From: Lama guanicoe
Lineage: Eukaryota
Length of the DNA: 64,000 nucleotides
Assembly (NCBI GenBank): GCA_013239625.1
Contig: MU053881.1
Location: forward strand, 2,728,001-2,792,000
Reading direction: 5' to 3'
The notes below the pieces were generated by a model. The model saw only the letters and a program-made list of their open reading frames with translations, searched no databases and was not told the DNA's origin. The position numbers and the translations under genes are program-made. Positions within the stretch are counted from its first letter, which is position 1, and every line of letters begins with the position of its first letter. Shown one piece after another: positions 1 through 15,344 of the stretch.

Positions 1-51
1 ACACTCTAAGAAGAGGATTTAGAGTTTTGATCCAATTTCCCTTTCAAACTT

Positions 52-106
52 TATATATATATATATATATACACACACATATACACACACATACACACAT
101 ATATAT
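52..106. repeat. Compound (TA)n(CA)n microsatellite
   Basis: Directly visible. Confidence 0.9.
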
Positions 107-3100
107 GGACTGGTAAATGGGCTTTGCTTCTCCTTTCTGGACTGTAAGCATCTTATGAATAATGTATTCACCTTTGCTCTTTGATGTCTGTGGGACTCTT
201 CTGGTGTTTTCCCTTGTGGCTTGGGAACCAATCTTTCCACCTTACTCCTTCCACATTGTAACCAGCCCCAGCTTCATATCACTGCATACAGTCAAGGTTT
301 GGGGAGCTTTCTCTATTTTCTCTTCTTGAAATTCCTCTCTCCTATATATGTACAAATCTGAGCATTCTTACTTATTCTACCAAGGAGTCCCTTATGCAAT
401 AGTCTTATAACCATTTTAATGGTTATATAATATTCCAATTGGCGAAAACAATATACATATAGATGTTAAAACTGCTTCTGATTTTCTGCTATTAAAACAG
501 CACTTTGATGAACATTTCTGTTTATAAGGTTTCTCTGTATTTAGGATTTCCCCTCTTAGGATCCAGTTAACATTATGGGCCAAGAAATATGCATTTTTTT
601 CACAGTCTCAAATTTCCCTGAGAGGAATATGCATATTTTAAAGCTCTTGATACATATTGTTAAAATGCACTTCAAAAGGCTTATTCCATATTATACTGAA
701 TAGGGCTGCTTTCAACATGAGTCAAAAGCTAAATGTCTCAAGCCGATAGCCATTTCAGCACCAATTAAGTTTTGCAATGCTAGCTTTGTTCAAAAAGAAA
801 GAATACGGCAGCTTTGGCTGGAGACACCGGATTAACTTTGCTACCAATTCTTTCCTCAGCAATAACGTTTTGCTATAAGCACTTACAGAGGAGGTGAAAC
901 AGGGAAGTAGACAGAATGTTGTATTTAATAACCTCAGTCACCGGTTTCAAGTTCCTCCCAAACTAATTTCTTTAGAACTCAACAGGCTGTAATTCTCTTT
1001 TAAAAGGAAATTTCCTTTAAATCTAATTACCCCCACCCCAAAAAATTGAAAAAAAAGGGAACATTCTTTTGAGAAGAGAACTCTTATCTCTCTATCCCCA
1101 AGACCCAGTGCAGAGCCTCACTTAGCATACAGTAGAAAATGTGAGAATGAATCCTGTCCCCATGCTAATGGTCAACTTTGGTTTCTGTATCCCTCTCTAG
1201 TTTTTAAGCATGGTTCTTCTCATCACTCATTTATTCCTACTTTGTGTGAGAACCATGCTAGCCATCTTCACTGCATTTTCCTCAACAATCCTATGAGACA
1301 GATACTGCCATCATGCCCATTATCAGCTAAGAATACCAAGATTCTTCAAGAATTGTGTGGAGGGCACTCCACACTAATTCAGGCATACAACAAGTGCTCA
1401 GTAAAGGTTAGCTAAATCTGCAATCTCTCCTAACTGGCTTGCTAGAACTCTAGTTTACATTTAGATCCACAGACATTTGAGGTGACTTAAGATGGCATTG
1501 GACAAAACAGCTTTGATGTATAGAAAGGTTAACTCTGGGACCTCCTGCTCCCTCTAATCTCTCAGGGCCAAGGTCTCCTGCAAATCCCCTTTTGGGCCAT
1601 CCATCCAAGTCTGTCTTACTGAGATATCCCTTACTCTAAGATGATCTTTCCCTGCTTACTCCTCCCCTTAGAGCTAACTCCTCTTGCATGAATTGTCCTC
1701 CCAAGAACTTAGCATAATACCACATTTAGTTACACCAATTTACACAAAAGTGTAACTGACTGACAGCATTAGCAGAAGGGCAGTATTTATCTTTAGGGCA
1801 AAAAAAACCCCTGGACCCTGATCAATCTCAAACTAGCAAAATGAACAGGATAGATTGGAGGAAAGTGTGTGAGCTATTCTATATACTTCTTCTACGCCAG
1901 CCTTCGTCTAACTTCCTTCTCTCCCAAGGCAGAAGGTAAGAGGCTATCAACACCACGGGGTGACCTAATTTCAAAATACTGTGACCCCTGATCTCTCTCT
2001 TGCTTAAGTATGACTCAAGGAAGTCATCACAATGTTTTAACCAGATGTCTCGTTCAATTATATGGATAGGGATTGGGTAACTAGAGTTAATCACTCCACA
2101 GTAATCACGGGTGCTTACCTAAGAAATGTTTCTCTTCCCACACCTTAGCTGTTTATACTAACAGACACCATAGGAGGGGAGGTCAGTGTGAAATCTCAGC
2201 TGAAATCTACTCTGTAAATCCCACTTGGCTTGTTGGCTCTAGCTTGTTGAGGATGCGTGTTTCAACTTTTGCTTTCAGTTATTCCCGGAGATAAACTTGG
2301 CAAAAAGCAGAGATCTTTGTTCTCCCCTTCCTACCACACAAACAGCTTTGCTTTATGCAATAAGCAGTATGCCCTCTGGGAGTGGCAGGAGAAATGGAAT
2401 TTGAAGTCCCTCCAGGAAGTGAAGTGATCATACCTAGGCTTTGATCTGTAATTAGAGCTCATAAACCTAGATCATATTTAATTACTAATCACCAAATTAA
2501 ATACCAGCAGTTTCCATTTATTAAGCACCTATTACTATGCAATAAGCACCATAAGTAATAAAGCCCTCATTTTCACCATTGAGAAACCTATGGATTCAAG
2601 ATTATGTACCTTGTCTAAGAATATCCTTGTCTAAGAATAATGATACGTGGTGGAGTTGAGACTGAAACCTGCCATAACTACCTCCAAAGTCCAGGTTGTC
2701 TCCTGTGCTATACTGCCTCCCACTATTATTTAATTAATTCATGTTAGAAAACAAGAAGTTTTCCATAAATTCTCAATTCGGAAAATTTCAACAAAACTTT
2801 TGTTCAATTGAGAAAAAGATATCTTTTTAAAACGTTTTAAATTTTCACATAAAGATAAATTGAGGACAATATTTCAACTTCTTTTTGCACAAAAGGAAAC
2901 TGGGGCTTAGTGAAGTGAACAAGCTTCCCCAAGTCACAGAGCATGAAGTCTTGTTCCTGGTCTCTCCTTTCTTCACTGTACCTATTGGTAGCTAAATAAG
3001 AGCTCATAAAAAAAAAAAAAAAAGAGCTCATAGATGTATATAAAATTTCTATTTATGGCCAGGGTTAACAATTAATAGGTAGAGATTTGTTCTCTAGACA

Positions 3101-3234
3101 AAGGATTTGGTGTCAAATAAGACTGGAAAATGCTACATATCAAATTCCCCTTTTGGAAATTCCCAATACATCTTTTAAAGGCTTTGCAAAATCCTGCCTT
3201 TAATTAAAAGGAAAAGGAAATTTAACTTCACAAC

Positions 3235-3660
3235 TGGTCTATAGTTTTCTTGTGGTATCTGGGTATCAGGGTAATGCTGGACTCATAAAACGAGTTAGAA
3301 AGTGTTCTCTCCTTTCCAACTTTCTGAAAAAGTTGGAGAAGGACTGGAATTAGTTCTTTAAATGTTCAGTAAAATTCATCGGTGAAGCTATCACGTCCAA
3401 GAATTTTTTTTTGATGGGAGATTTTTTATTACAGATTCAATCTTACAGTTACAGGTCTTCTCAGATTTTCTATTTCTTTGCGATTCAAAATGTCTTGAGA
3501 GGTTTTACTTTCCTAAGAATGTGTACACCTTCTCTGGGTTATCCAACTTGTCGGCAGACAATTGTTCATAGTACTCTCTTCTAATAATTTTTTATTTCTG
3601 CAGAATTGGTAATAATGTCTCCATTTTCATTTTTGACTACAGTAATTTGAATCTTCTCTC
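3235..3660 (-). mobile_element. L1 ORF2 fragment (old)
   Basis: Typical antisense L1 ORF2 text (ggtatcagggtaatgctgg...ttctttaaatgtt...gtgaagc). Confidence 0.75.
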
Positions 3661-5859
3661 CCTACCCTGGAGGTCAACACCTGCCATTATGTATATTCCA
3701 AAATAGCTTGAAATCATATTTCTAAAATTTGACATGCATAAGATGTGTCTATGTATGTATACGTGAATATACATATAATCTAATATCAAGTCACAAAATG
3801 TTAATTTACTATTAAATTTAGTTAAATAAATTTTCAATCAAAATTTGACATTATATTCTAGGATTTAGATTCAATTTATTAACCCTCTATAAGCCAAGCA
3901 CTGCATTATGTGCTTTCTTATCCATTCTTACAACATTCTGTTAAAATGAGATACATTAGAGTCACTATGCAAGTATGGAAACTGAGGTCTAGAAGGGCTG
4001 ATTAAGTGTCAAGATTTCAAATGGTGCAATTCCTAATATGGAGCTCTCTCCTCTATACCATGCTGCAAAGATGAGAATGTGGTTAACTGGAATTTTTGTT
4101 TTTCCCTTTGTTCTAAAAATGAGATACTTAAAGCTGCTAGAACTGTTTTAGCAAAGAGAGAGACACTAACAGGCATCAAGAAAAACAACAATCACAACAA
4201 AGCCCCTCTGGCTAAGTGAGATTCCTAGTGAGTTATTAAATTCACTCAACAAACATGAACTGAGCCTCATGCAGCAAGCACCACAGAAATCACAGACCTG
4301 ATCCCCCACAACTCTGTGGAGTAAAAAGACACGTAGATAATTAAATTATTATGATAATGACTGACCATATACCAGAAGTAAACAAATCAAAGAGTCTTTG
4401 GGGGACTAGGGAAGATACAATTCTGAGCTGCAAACTAGTGAAAGGAGGTATTTCAGAGCAAGAAAGGAGTATGCATGGAGGCACAGAGGCATGAGAAAGA
4501 ACTTCATGTTAAGGGAAATTTAAAACATCACTGGAAACAATAGAAAAGGTGAAATTATGGAGTTGGATGGTGAAGTATGAGCCATATCATGAGATGCAAC
4601 GAGACTGCATGCTGCTCTAATCAGTACAGAGCAAATGAAAAATCTTAACACAATGACACAATCAAATCCTTGCTAGAAAGTTTATTCTGGAAAAAGTACG
4701 AAGGCTAAATTGAAGAGAGGCTCTCATTAGGGGCACCAGTACAGTTATTGAAATAGTCCAATGGGGAAATGAAGTGTGAACTATGGTAGACAATGCAGAG
4801 TGGAGGATTAATTGAGAGCAGTGGATTTTTTTGACTTTTATTTAACTCCAATAGGAATTTATAAGCACTAATACATATATACATGTATAAATACTGAAAA
4901 AAAACTCCCCAGATATTTAGCATGAAAACATTTTCTTTTCTAAATATAGTCCAGGAAACTGAGAAAATTTTCACAATTTCCTTGGTTGAAAATCTAAAGC
5001 TAACAGGCACCTCAGTGTTCAGTGATTTTGCTATTTATCATCTCTGGCACTCTCATAAAACACACACACAACTAGAAGCAGTTAACATCAAATCTTCAAT
5101 TTTATTAATTTACTATAGTGTTGCAATTCATTTTAAAGAAAAATATAATATTGGAGAAATGGCGAGTAAGATTTCCTAAATATGTCAAATGAGCCTCAAA
5201 TGGCCCAAAAGAAAATTGACAAAATTAATCTTTATCAATATCCACCTCGAAGATATGCTTCTAAAAGAGTATCTGCAGTACAGATAATCCTCTACTGAGT
5301 AATTTGCACTTATACTACTCTGCCAATTACACAAATGTTATTCCTTAAAACACTTAGGAATGCATAAACAAACACTGATGCCCAGCCCATTCTGGATAAC
5401 CCCAAAATTGAACCAACTTGATCACAAATGCCTGTAACTGTTACACAAAGATGTATGTAAAAAAGCTTCCAAGACAACATAACCATGTTCTTGAAGAAGA
5501 ATATTCAACAACATAAATATGTCAATCACATCCCCTCAAATTCACTGACAAATTTATTAAAATTTCAGTTTTGAGAAGTTGAGTATAAAATTCTTTTGGA
5601 AAAGCAAATAAGTAAGAAAATCTGGGAAAACCCTGAAAAAGAGCAAAAAGGGAGACAAGCCTACAAGATTAAAATTTAAGAGTCTATAATTATGAATAGT
5701 ATATACGTATATATAAAGACCAATGGAACAGAAAAGAAAATCGAGAAACCCAAATGCATACAGAAGTTAAGTATTGACAGACATCTCAAAGCAATGAGGA
5801 AAACACAGTTTAAAAAAAATTAATAGACCTTATTTCTTTTTAAGAAATATTTTTAAGAG

Positions 5860-5950
5860 TATATTTTTATTTGTTTAACAGAGGTACTGGGGATTGAACC
5901 CAGGACCTCATGCATGCTAAGCATGTGCTCTACCACTGAGCTATTTTCCC
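5860..5950 (-). mobile_element. tRNA-derived SINE (Vic-1-like)
   Basis: gaggtactggggattgaacccaggacctcatgcatgctaagcatgtgctctaccactgagcta (A and B boxes on -). Confidence 0.85.
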
Positions 5951-5954
5951 CTTC

Positions 5955-6945
5955 CCTTGATCTTATTTCTTAGAACAGTTTTATGTTGAATACAAACTAT
6001 GGAGAATTTCCACATACTCCCTCCCTGACCCCCAGCTTCCCCATCACTAACATCTAGCGATGCTGTATACATTTGGTTTAGCTGTACATTATTATTAACT
6101 AAAGTCCATAGTTTACACTGGGTTTCATTCTTTGTGCTGTACATTCTATGGGTCTTGCCAAATATATAATGTCATGTATCTATCATCATAGTGCCATAAA
6201 GAATAGCTCCACTGCCCTAAAAATCCCCTGTGTTCCATCTATTCTTCCCTCCTTTCTAAACCCCATCCCTGGCAACCACTGATCTTTATAATCTCTATAG
6301 TTTTGTCTTTTCCAGAATGTCATATAGTTGGAATCACAGTATGTAGCCTTTTTGGACTAGTTTCTTTCACTTAGCAATATTCATCTAAGGTTCTTCCAAT
6401 GTCTTCTCATCGCTTGACAAATCATTTCTTTTTTACTGAATAATATTCTATTGTATGGATGTACCACAGTTTGTTTAATATACTGAAGCACATCTTGGTT
6501 GCTTCCAAATTTTTGGCAATTGTGAATAAGGCTGCCATAATCATTTGTGTGCAGGTGTGGATGTAAGTTTTCATTTCACTAAAGTAAATATCTAGGGGCA
6601 TGATACGCTGGGTCATATAATAAGACTACGTTTACCTTTGTAAGAAACTGTCTAACTACTCCAAAGTGGCTGTACTATATTTTATATTCTCTCCAGTGAT
6701 GAATGAATTTCTGTTGTTCCATACCCCTGTCAGCATTTCGTGTTTCAGATTTTAGCCATTCGAACAGGTGAGTGGTGCTATCTCATTGTTCTTTTAATTT
6801 GCAATTCCCTAATGACATTTGATAATAAGCATCTTTTCATGTTTATTTATCACCTTCTGAATATCTTCTTTGGTGAGATATCTGTTCAGATCTTTTACCC
6901 ACTTTTTAACTGAGCTGTTTCTTTATTGTTGAGTTTTAAGAGTCC
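5955..6945 (-). mobile_element. L1 3' end, antisense, interrupting an older plus-strand L1 remnant (~5470-7900)
   Basis: L1 3'UTR / ORF2 C-terminal text; the ORF track shows an AALFTIAK...LWYIHTIEYYS remnant. Confidence 0.8.
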
Positions 6946-9419
6946 AATCATACAAATATTAGAAGAAAACACAAGTGAATTCTTCTGTTACCTGAATGTG
7001 GGGCAAGGCTTTAACCACAACCAGTCATAAGCAATAATGGAAAAGATTTTGTATTATATAAATAAAATTTTGACTGTATAAAAAGTTAAAAAACAACATA
7101 TGCAAAGTGAAAGACGTGGCAATGATATGGAATGACATTTGGAACTTACTTCAAAGACAAAAGATTAATATTTCTAATATACAAAAAATTTTTTTAAATA
7201 CAGAAGGAAAAGGACAATTTGTTAGAAAAGTGAGTAAGAAAAAGTGGACAATTCGTAGAAAAATAAACTCAAACGGCCTTTTAAATATATGGAAAGTTGA
7301 TCAACCTTACTCATAAGAAAAAAGTAAATTAAAACTATACTGAGTTTGACACACACTCTGTTGGTGAGGTTGTTGGAGCCTCATACATTCTAGAATACAA
7401 AATGGTACAAACCTCATGGAGGAAAGTTTGGCAGTATCTAACGACATTACATATTCATATGCATATATATATATAAGCATTTAACCCTTTTACCCTGAAA
7501 TCATTCTAGGAATCTATCCCAAAGACACACTGACAAAAAATAAGAAGTTGGTACACAAGGCTACTTATTGTATTATTTACTACAATCAAAAGATGAGAAA
7601 TAACCCAAATATCCATCAATAAGGGGCTAAATTATGGTATATCCATACAATAGAGTATGACATAGCTGTAAATATGAGAGAAATAATTACCCATATTGTT
7701 ATGCAGTGATCACCAGGCGATACTAGGTATAAAAGTCAGCTGGAGAAACGTGTGTAATATACCTTGCCATTTATCTTTTTAAAAATATTATTTATACTTT
7801 AAAAGTTTTTATTTTTTAATTCTAAGCTTATCTGTAGGGGTAGGCAAGGAAGAGGGTAAAAGGGAAAGGAATAAGTTATATTTCTTTAAATATATTTTAC
7901 ATGTAGATCTGACTTTGGAATCATGTAGCTATTTTATAAAACAAAATTCAAAAAAATAAAGCTGCAGCAACAATCCCTAAATATCAGAAGCAAAAGTCAA
8001 ATGCAGCATAACTATGCCAAATCAAACTGTCCCACATGACTTTAAAGCACAGTTAATTGACTATGTTCTGCAATAAAAAGACTTAAATTGTTTTAAATAA
8101 TCACATTGTTGTTACTAGTATGTGTATTATTATTTGGGGAAAGTTAAGTGGTGATTATGCAATAATGCAAATGAATAATTATGTTAGTCTCATTAAGAAC
8201 CAAATTTTTTGGCATGGAGAAAGGACAGAGGTAAAATGAGGTGCCAAATTTGAACTGGTAGTCCTGAATTTGAATTTGAAATATCAGATTGTTTTATCAT
8301 GAAACAATACAAATATATGTCCGTGTTATATATTACACGTATTTCCTAGTTCTATTAACTAAAAAGCACTAGACCAACCCAAAAGCAATGAGCACTCATA
8401 GCACCCAGACCTGTGGCATCTAAATATCATTTCTTACCAAAAAGAAACAAAGTTTCTTAGAGAAATGGCTGATTCTAAATCTAGGCAGAAAATGCACAAG
8501 ATGAGTCAAACATAATGTCAAACAACTAAAAAAGCTACCAAAGACTACTGGGGCCATGGCACTATGGTAAATCTTTAGGAAAAAGAGTCAAAGACGGCAC
8601 AATCTAAGACTTAACAAGCACAATGGCAATGAAATGTAATACAGCAAATATGCCTACATTCAGTAGTTTACTGTAAACTTCAAAAATTTAAAATTCAAAT
8701 TAAAAAACCCTCATTGGTTACTTTTGGAGAATGCTAGGAAATCAACTCATTATTTAAAAACTAATAAATAACTGAAAGAATCAATGTTTATTTATCCTGC
8801 CTTTACTATACATACTATTATTCAGTGTAACTGAACAGGTGAAGGAACATGTATCTTTATAGAGGAATCCCTATTAACAAATAAAGACGGGAAGAGAGAA
8901 TTAGAATGTCATCATTTTGTATGTAAAACAGCTAGGTAAAAGCTAATGAAATGTAACATATTAATATTAAGTTTATGGAAAATGGTATCTCTAAGGCTAC
9001 TAAAACTGTAAGCTAAATTTGAATTTTCAAGTGAAAAAACTCTACAAAGCTTAATTGTTAACACTTTTAATCCCAAGATCACAGGGGTAAGTCTGTATAT
9101 TTAAAAAATATCAGACTAGTCGTCTGTATGTAAAACCTTTTCTATATGTACCCTTTATGAAGAGGACTTGCGCTCCTTCAAGTATATATTAGGGTACTTG
9201 CTAAGTATTTACCTTCTAAATTGCAATTTTAAAAAAGGATAATATTTTTACAAATTCTCAATTCTACCCTTTATTAAATATTCTCTGGAAAAATAGAAAG
9301 AAAGGTAAGAGAATATGCATACAGTCGAACATTCTCCAAGACTGCCCCTTTTTTGATAAAGTCCTAGATATTTAACAAGGACTTCACATGCATGGTCTCA
9401 TACAATCCTTTTAAGAACC

Positions 9420-12400
9420 CAAGATACCCTTTCATGATAAAAACGTAACTGGGACTAGAAGGGAGCTCCCTCACCCTGTTCTGAGAAACACTCACAGCTA
9501 ACATAATAATGGTCAAAGACTGAATCCCCTAAGATTAGGAACAAGATAGGATGTTTATTCTTGCTGCATCTATTCAACCCTGTACTATAATAATTAAGCA
9601 AGAAGGGGAAAAAAAAGAGTGGGGGGACATCCAGATTGGAAACTAGGAAGAAAAACCGTTATCTATTCACAGATGACATAATCATGTATACAGAAAAACT
9701 AAGAAACCTACAAAAAAAGCTAATAGAGAACTAATGAGTTCAACCAGGCTATAAGACAGAAGACCAATATACAAGTTATATTTCTATATACTAGTAATGA
9801 AAAATCTGAAAATAAAATTAAGAAAACATTTCCTTTCTAGTACCATCAAAAAGAAAAAAAACACGGAGAAATAAATTTAATAAAAGAAGTGCAAGATTTG
9901 TGCACAAAAAACTACAACATCATTGAGAGAAACTAAAGATGACTTAAACAAATGGAAAGACTTCCCACATGGACTACAAGATTTAATATTGTTAAGACGG
10001 CAATGTTCCCCATACTGATCTATAGAGTTAACAGTAATCCCTATCAAAGTCCTAGCTGCCATTTTTGCAGAAACTGCTAAGATGATCCTAAAATTTATTT
10101 GGAAATGAAAGGGATCCAGAACAAAGTTGGAGGAGTCACACTCCTTGATTTCACACTTGTCACTCAACTCCAATAGTCAAGACAGTGTAGTACCAGCGTA
10201 AGGATTGATACAGATCAGTGGACTAGAAATGAGTCCAGAAATAAACCCCTAGTTAAGGTCAATTGATTTTCAAGGAGGGTTTCAAGATTATTCAATAGAT
10301 AAAGAGTACTCTTTTCCAGAAATGGTGCTTGGGAAACTGGATATCCACATGCAAAAGAATGAAGTCAGACCCCTTCCTCACACCCATTAACTAAAAATAG
10401 ATCAGGCCTTATATGAAAGAGCTAAAACTGCAAAAGTCTTAAAAGAAAACAGGTGTAAATCTCTGTAACCCTGGATTAGACCATGGTTTTCTTAGATATG
10501 ACCAAAGCACAAACAACAAAAGATAAAGTAAGTAAATTGGACTTCACAAAATTAAAAACCTTCAAAAGACACCATTAAATGAAAGACAACCCACAGAATG
10601 GGAGAATATTTTTGCCAATGATATATCTGATAAAGAACCTGTATTCAGGATATACAAAGAACCCTAACAACCCAACAACAAAAGACAAAGAGCCCAATTA
10701 AAAAATGGGCAAAGGACAGAAATAAACCTCCACACCCACAGTGAATTAATCTATGACAAAGGAGGCAAGAATATACAACAGAGAAAAGGCAGTCTCTTCA
10801 ACAAGAGTTAGGAAAGCTGGATAGCTACATGTAAATCAATGACATCAGACCATCCCCTCACACCACATACAAAAATAAATTCAAAATGGCTTAAAGACCT
10901 AAATGTAAGACATGATACTATAAAACTAGAAGAGAAATAGGCAAAACATTGGACATAATCTTGGACATAAATCACAGCAGATTAGTCTCCCAAGGCAAAA
11001 GAAATAAAAGCAAAAATTAACAAATGGGACCTAAACAAACTTAAAAGCTTTTGCACAGCAAAAGAAACCATCAGCAAAACAAAAAGGCAATCTACAGAAT
11101 GGTAGAAAATATTTACAAATGATGCAACAGACAAGGTGTTAATGTTCAAAATATACAAATAGTTCATACAACTCTATCAAAAATACCCAACAACAAAAAA
11201 ACCCCCAAACAACAACAAAAAACCCCAACCCAATCAAAAAATAAGAAGTCTTAAATAGACATTTCTCCAAAGAAAACATACAGATGGGCCAACAGGCATG
11301 AAAAGATCATCACATCACTAATTATTAGAGAAATGCAAATCAAACCCACAGTGAAGTATCACCTCACATCTCTCAGTACGGCTATCATTAAAAAGAACAC
11401 AGATAACAAATGATGGCGAGGATGTAGAGAAGTTTCGGAACTCTCCTATATTGTTGGTGGGAATGTAATTTGGTGCAGCTACTGTGGAAAACAGTATGGA
11501 GGTTTCTCAAAAAACTAAAAACAGAACTACCATACGACTCAGCAATTCCACTCCTGGGTATATATCCAAAAACAAAAAACAAAAACTAAAACAAAATAAA
11601 ACAAAACAAAAAACACCACTAATTCGAAAAGATATACATGCACCCCAATGTTCATAGCAGCATTATTTATAATTGCCAAGATACGGAAGCAACCTAAGTG
11701 TCCATGAACTGATGAATGGATAAAGAAGATGTGGTGTGTGTGTGTATATATATAAAACAGAGTACTATTCAGCCATAAAAAATTATGAAAATTTGCCATT
11801 TAAACCAACATGGATGGATTTGGAAGGTATTATACAAAGTGAAATCAGTCAGATAGAGAAAGACAAATATTGTAAGATATCACTTATACGTGGGATCTAA
11901 AAAATGCAACAAACTAGTAGGGTAAAAAAAGAAACAGACTCACAAATACAGAGAACAAACTAGTGGTTACCAATGGAGAGGGAAGGTGGGGGGCAATATA
12001 CAGATAGGAGATTAAGAGATACAAACTATTATGTATAAAATAAGCTAAAAGGATATATTGTACTACACAAGGAATACAGCCAATATTTTATAATAACTAT
12101 AAATGGAGCATAACCTGTAAAAATTGTATATCACTATATGTACACCTGTAGCTTATATAATATTGTATATCAACTGTATGTCAATAAAAAAGATGTTATA
12201 CACACACACAAAATGGAACATTACTGAGCCATAAAAAGAATGAAATATTGTCATTTGCAGCAATATGGATGGACCTAGAGACTATCATACTAAGTGATGT
12301 AAGACAGATGAAGAAAGACAAATATTAAATGATTATCACTTACATGTGGAATCTAAAAAATAATACAAATATATCTATATACAAAACAGAAACAGACTCA

Positions 12401-13480
12401 AAGACATAGAAAACAAACTCGTGGTTACCAAAGGGGAAAGAAGCAGAGGGATAAATTAGGAATAAGAGATTAATAGATACAAACTACTATACATAAAATA
12501 GATAAGCAACAAGGATTTACTGCATATCACAGAGAACTGTATTTAATCTTGTAATAACCTATCATGGAAAATAATCGGAAAAAATATATAACTGGATCAC
12601 TTTGCTGTACACCTGAAATTAACACAATATCATAAATGAACTATACCTCAATTTTTAAAAAATAGACCAAGGATTTGAATTTTTATCTCCAAAAGAAGAT
12701 ACGCAAATGGCCAACAAGCATATGAAAAGATGTTCAACATCATTTCAGTCATTAGGAAAATGCAAATCAAAATGAGGTAACACTGCACACTTAGTAGGAT
12801 GGTTTCAAGGATGGATGATTAACAACTGTTGGTGAGGATGTGGAGAAACGGGAAACTTCACACACTACCAGTCGGGAAAATGGTGTAACTCCTTTGGAAA
12901 AAGTTTCACAATTTCTCAAAAAGTTAAACAGAGTTACCACGTGACCCAGCAATTCTACTCCTAGGAGAAATGAAAACACGTCCATACAAAAATTGGTATA
13001 CAAATGTTCACAGCAGCATTAATATTAACAGCTGAAAAGTGGAAACAATACAAATGGCCAACAACTGATGATGGATAAACAAAATGTGGTTTATCCACAC
13101 AATGAAACATTATTGGCCATAAAAAGGAATGAAGTAGTGACACATGCTACAGCATGGATGAACCTGGAAAACATTACGCTCAGTGAAAAGACGCCAGGCA
13201 CAAAAGGCTTGACAGTGTATGATTCCATTCATATCAATAGCCCAGAATTGGCAAAACCTATAGAGACAGAATATAGATTAGTGGTTGCCAAGGGTTAGGA
13301 GGAGAGAATGCTGAGCTAATGAGCATGGTTTTCTTTCTAAGGTGTTGAAAATGCTCTGGAAATAAACAGTGGTAATGGTTGTACAACTCTGTAAATACAC
13401 TAAACCCCACTAAATTGCATACTTTAAAAGGGTCAATTTTTGATATGTGGATTATACCTCAATAAAATTATTAAAAAGAG
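9420..13480 (+). mobile_element. Nested L1 cluster: an older L1 ORF2-3'UTR interrupted at ~10718-12660 by younger L1 sequence with two tandem 3' ends
   Basis: ORF2 text breaks after aaaaaatgggcaaaggac and resumes at aaaaaatagaccaaggat; 3' UTRs end at ~12190, ~12660 and ~13480. Confidence 0.82.
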
Positions 13481-13539
13481 CCCAAGAGATGGAACTAGAA
13501 AATTAGTAATTACCAAAAAATACAAGAAACTAGATAGAA

Positions 13540-14950
13540 AAAAATCAAAATAAATGTACAAAATTCAACAGCATTTCTATTAGTAATCATTTAGAAATAG
13601 AGATATCCCATTCATAGGGTGTCCAAAACTACAAAATACCGAGGAATAAGTTTAATAAGGAACACACAAAATACTAGAAGTTACAAAAAATATTTTAAAG
13701 GACATGTGACATCTGAATAAAGAAATGGATATGTTCCTGAATTTCAACCTGTCCCAAATTAATATACTATTTTTATGCAAATTCAAAAATCCCATAACTG
13801 CACAAAATGATTTTTAAATGTGTATGAAAGAACTTGTAAGAATTATCAATAATTTTTCAAAAAAGGATAAAAAAGAAAAAGTAGGGAAGGAGTTCTGTCC
13901 TATCAGATATTAAAATTTGGTATAAAGCTATTATTATTAATTCAGTAATGTTACTAGTAGATGGGCTACCAAAAACAGAATATGCACAATAAAGAGGACT
14001 ATTCAAATCAGTGGGGAACGGGATGGACTATTCAGCTAACCTATGGCCTCTTCTGGAAAAATGGGAAAAGTGAAGTTGGGTTCTTATACACACTAAGTAT
14101 TAAATGCCACAATCTGATTTCAAAAAGAAATCCGTAAAATATTTTGAAGAAAACAAATGAGAACATTTACATAATTTCATAAAGTAGAGAGCATTCTTAG
14201 CCGAAACTAAAAATCCGAAAGCCAGAAAGAAAAAAGCCAATTTGGTGACATAACAACTTAAACAAATCTAAGTGAAAAGATAACAAAGATAAATGAAATC
14301 ATGGAAGAAAATATTTGCTATATGTGATTGGTATACATAAAGAACTCCTACAAATTGATAAGAAAATGTCAAATAATCCAACAGAAAATGAACAAAGGAT
14401 AGACAGGCAATTTATAACTAACCATAAATAGCCAAAAGGAGCTCAATCTCACCTGTAATCAGCAGTTTATGGAACAATGGGATTCAGTCTTAAAATCAGC
14501 ACTTTTTATTCTGCAACCAACTTGGCCAGAAAGCGAACATTCCATATACCTGCATTATCTCTTTATTTTTTTAAAAACAAAGGCTGACAAGCCAATCCCT
14601 CACTCTCCCATTTGAAATAGCTTAAAACAAGTGTTTGTATTAGCTATTCAAACTCAACTGATTGCAAAACGAAACTGAGAAATCGAAAACTACAACCACC
14701 ATTACCTCTAGAAATGCAAATTAAAATGAGAACTCTGAAAATGTAATCAGATCGACAACACCTGAAAAGATACCATCCAATTCTGGCAAGGATGTGGAGA
14801 AACAGGTCCTTTCACATCCACTTGGTGGGAGTGTGAGCTGCCAAAACTCCCTGGAAAGTAGTCTAGCAGTAGCTATTAAAGTATACAAAGTACACTGTTT
14901 TGACCCAGAAACACCACATTTTTAGGAGTCTGTTCTACAGAATTAAAAGC
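13540..14950 (+). mobile_element. Highly diverged L1 fragments
   Basis: Degenerate ORF2 motifs (agaaatgcaaattaaaa, ggcaaggatgtggagaaacagg, tttgacccag). Confidence 0.6.
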
Positions 14951-15344
14951 CCTCCTATATTAGCAATATCTCCTAGATTATGAACATCCCTGAACACTTC
15001 CTTCCCCTTTATGTCCTAACTGAAGCTTAGCTTGTCCCTGAAGATACTCCCCTGAAACCCTCTCTCCCATTCTTCTCTCTCATACCTGTGGGTATGGAAG
15101 TGAGAGAACGGTCCTTCTTGTTCATTCCCACTTTGGGGGATTCTTCTTCCCTTCTCCTTAAAAAGTCCATCTTCATGTAGAGGAGATTAAGAGAATTAAC
15201 ATTAGTGATGATGTCCAGGATTAGAACCACACTTCTGGACTTCCTTTGCTGTGTTCTCTTTCTTACAAGTGCCCCATACTATTTCTACTGGCTCTACTCA
15301 CTTACCTGTAGCTGAGAACAAAACAACACCGAGAGCCAGAGAGA

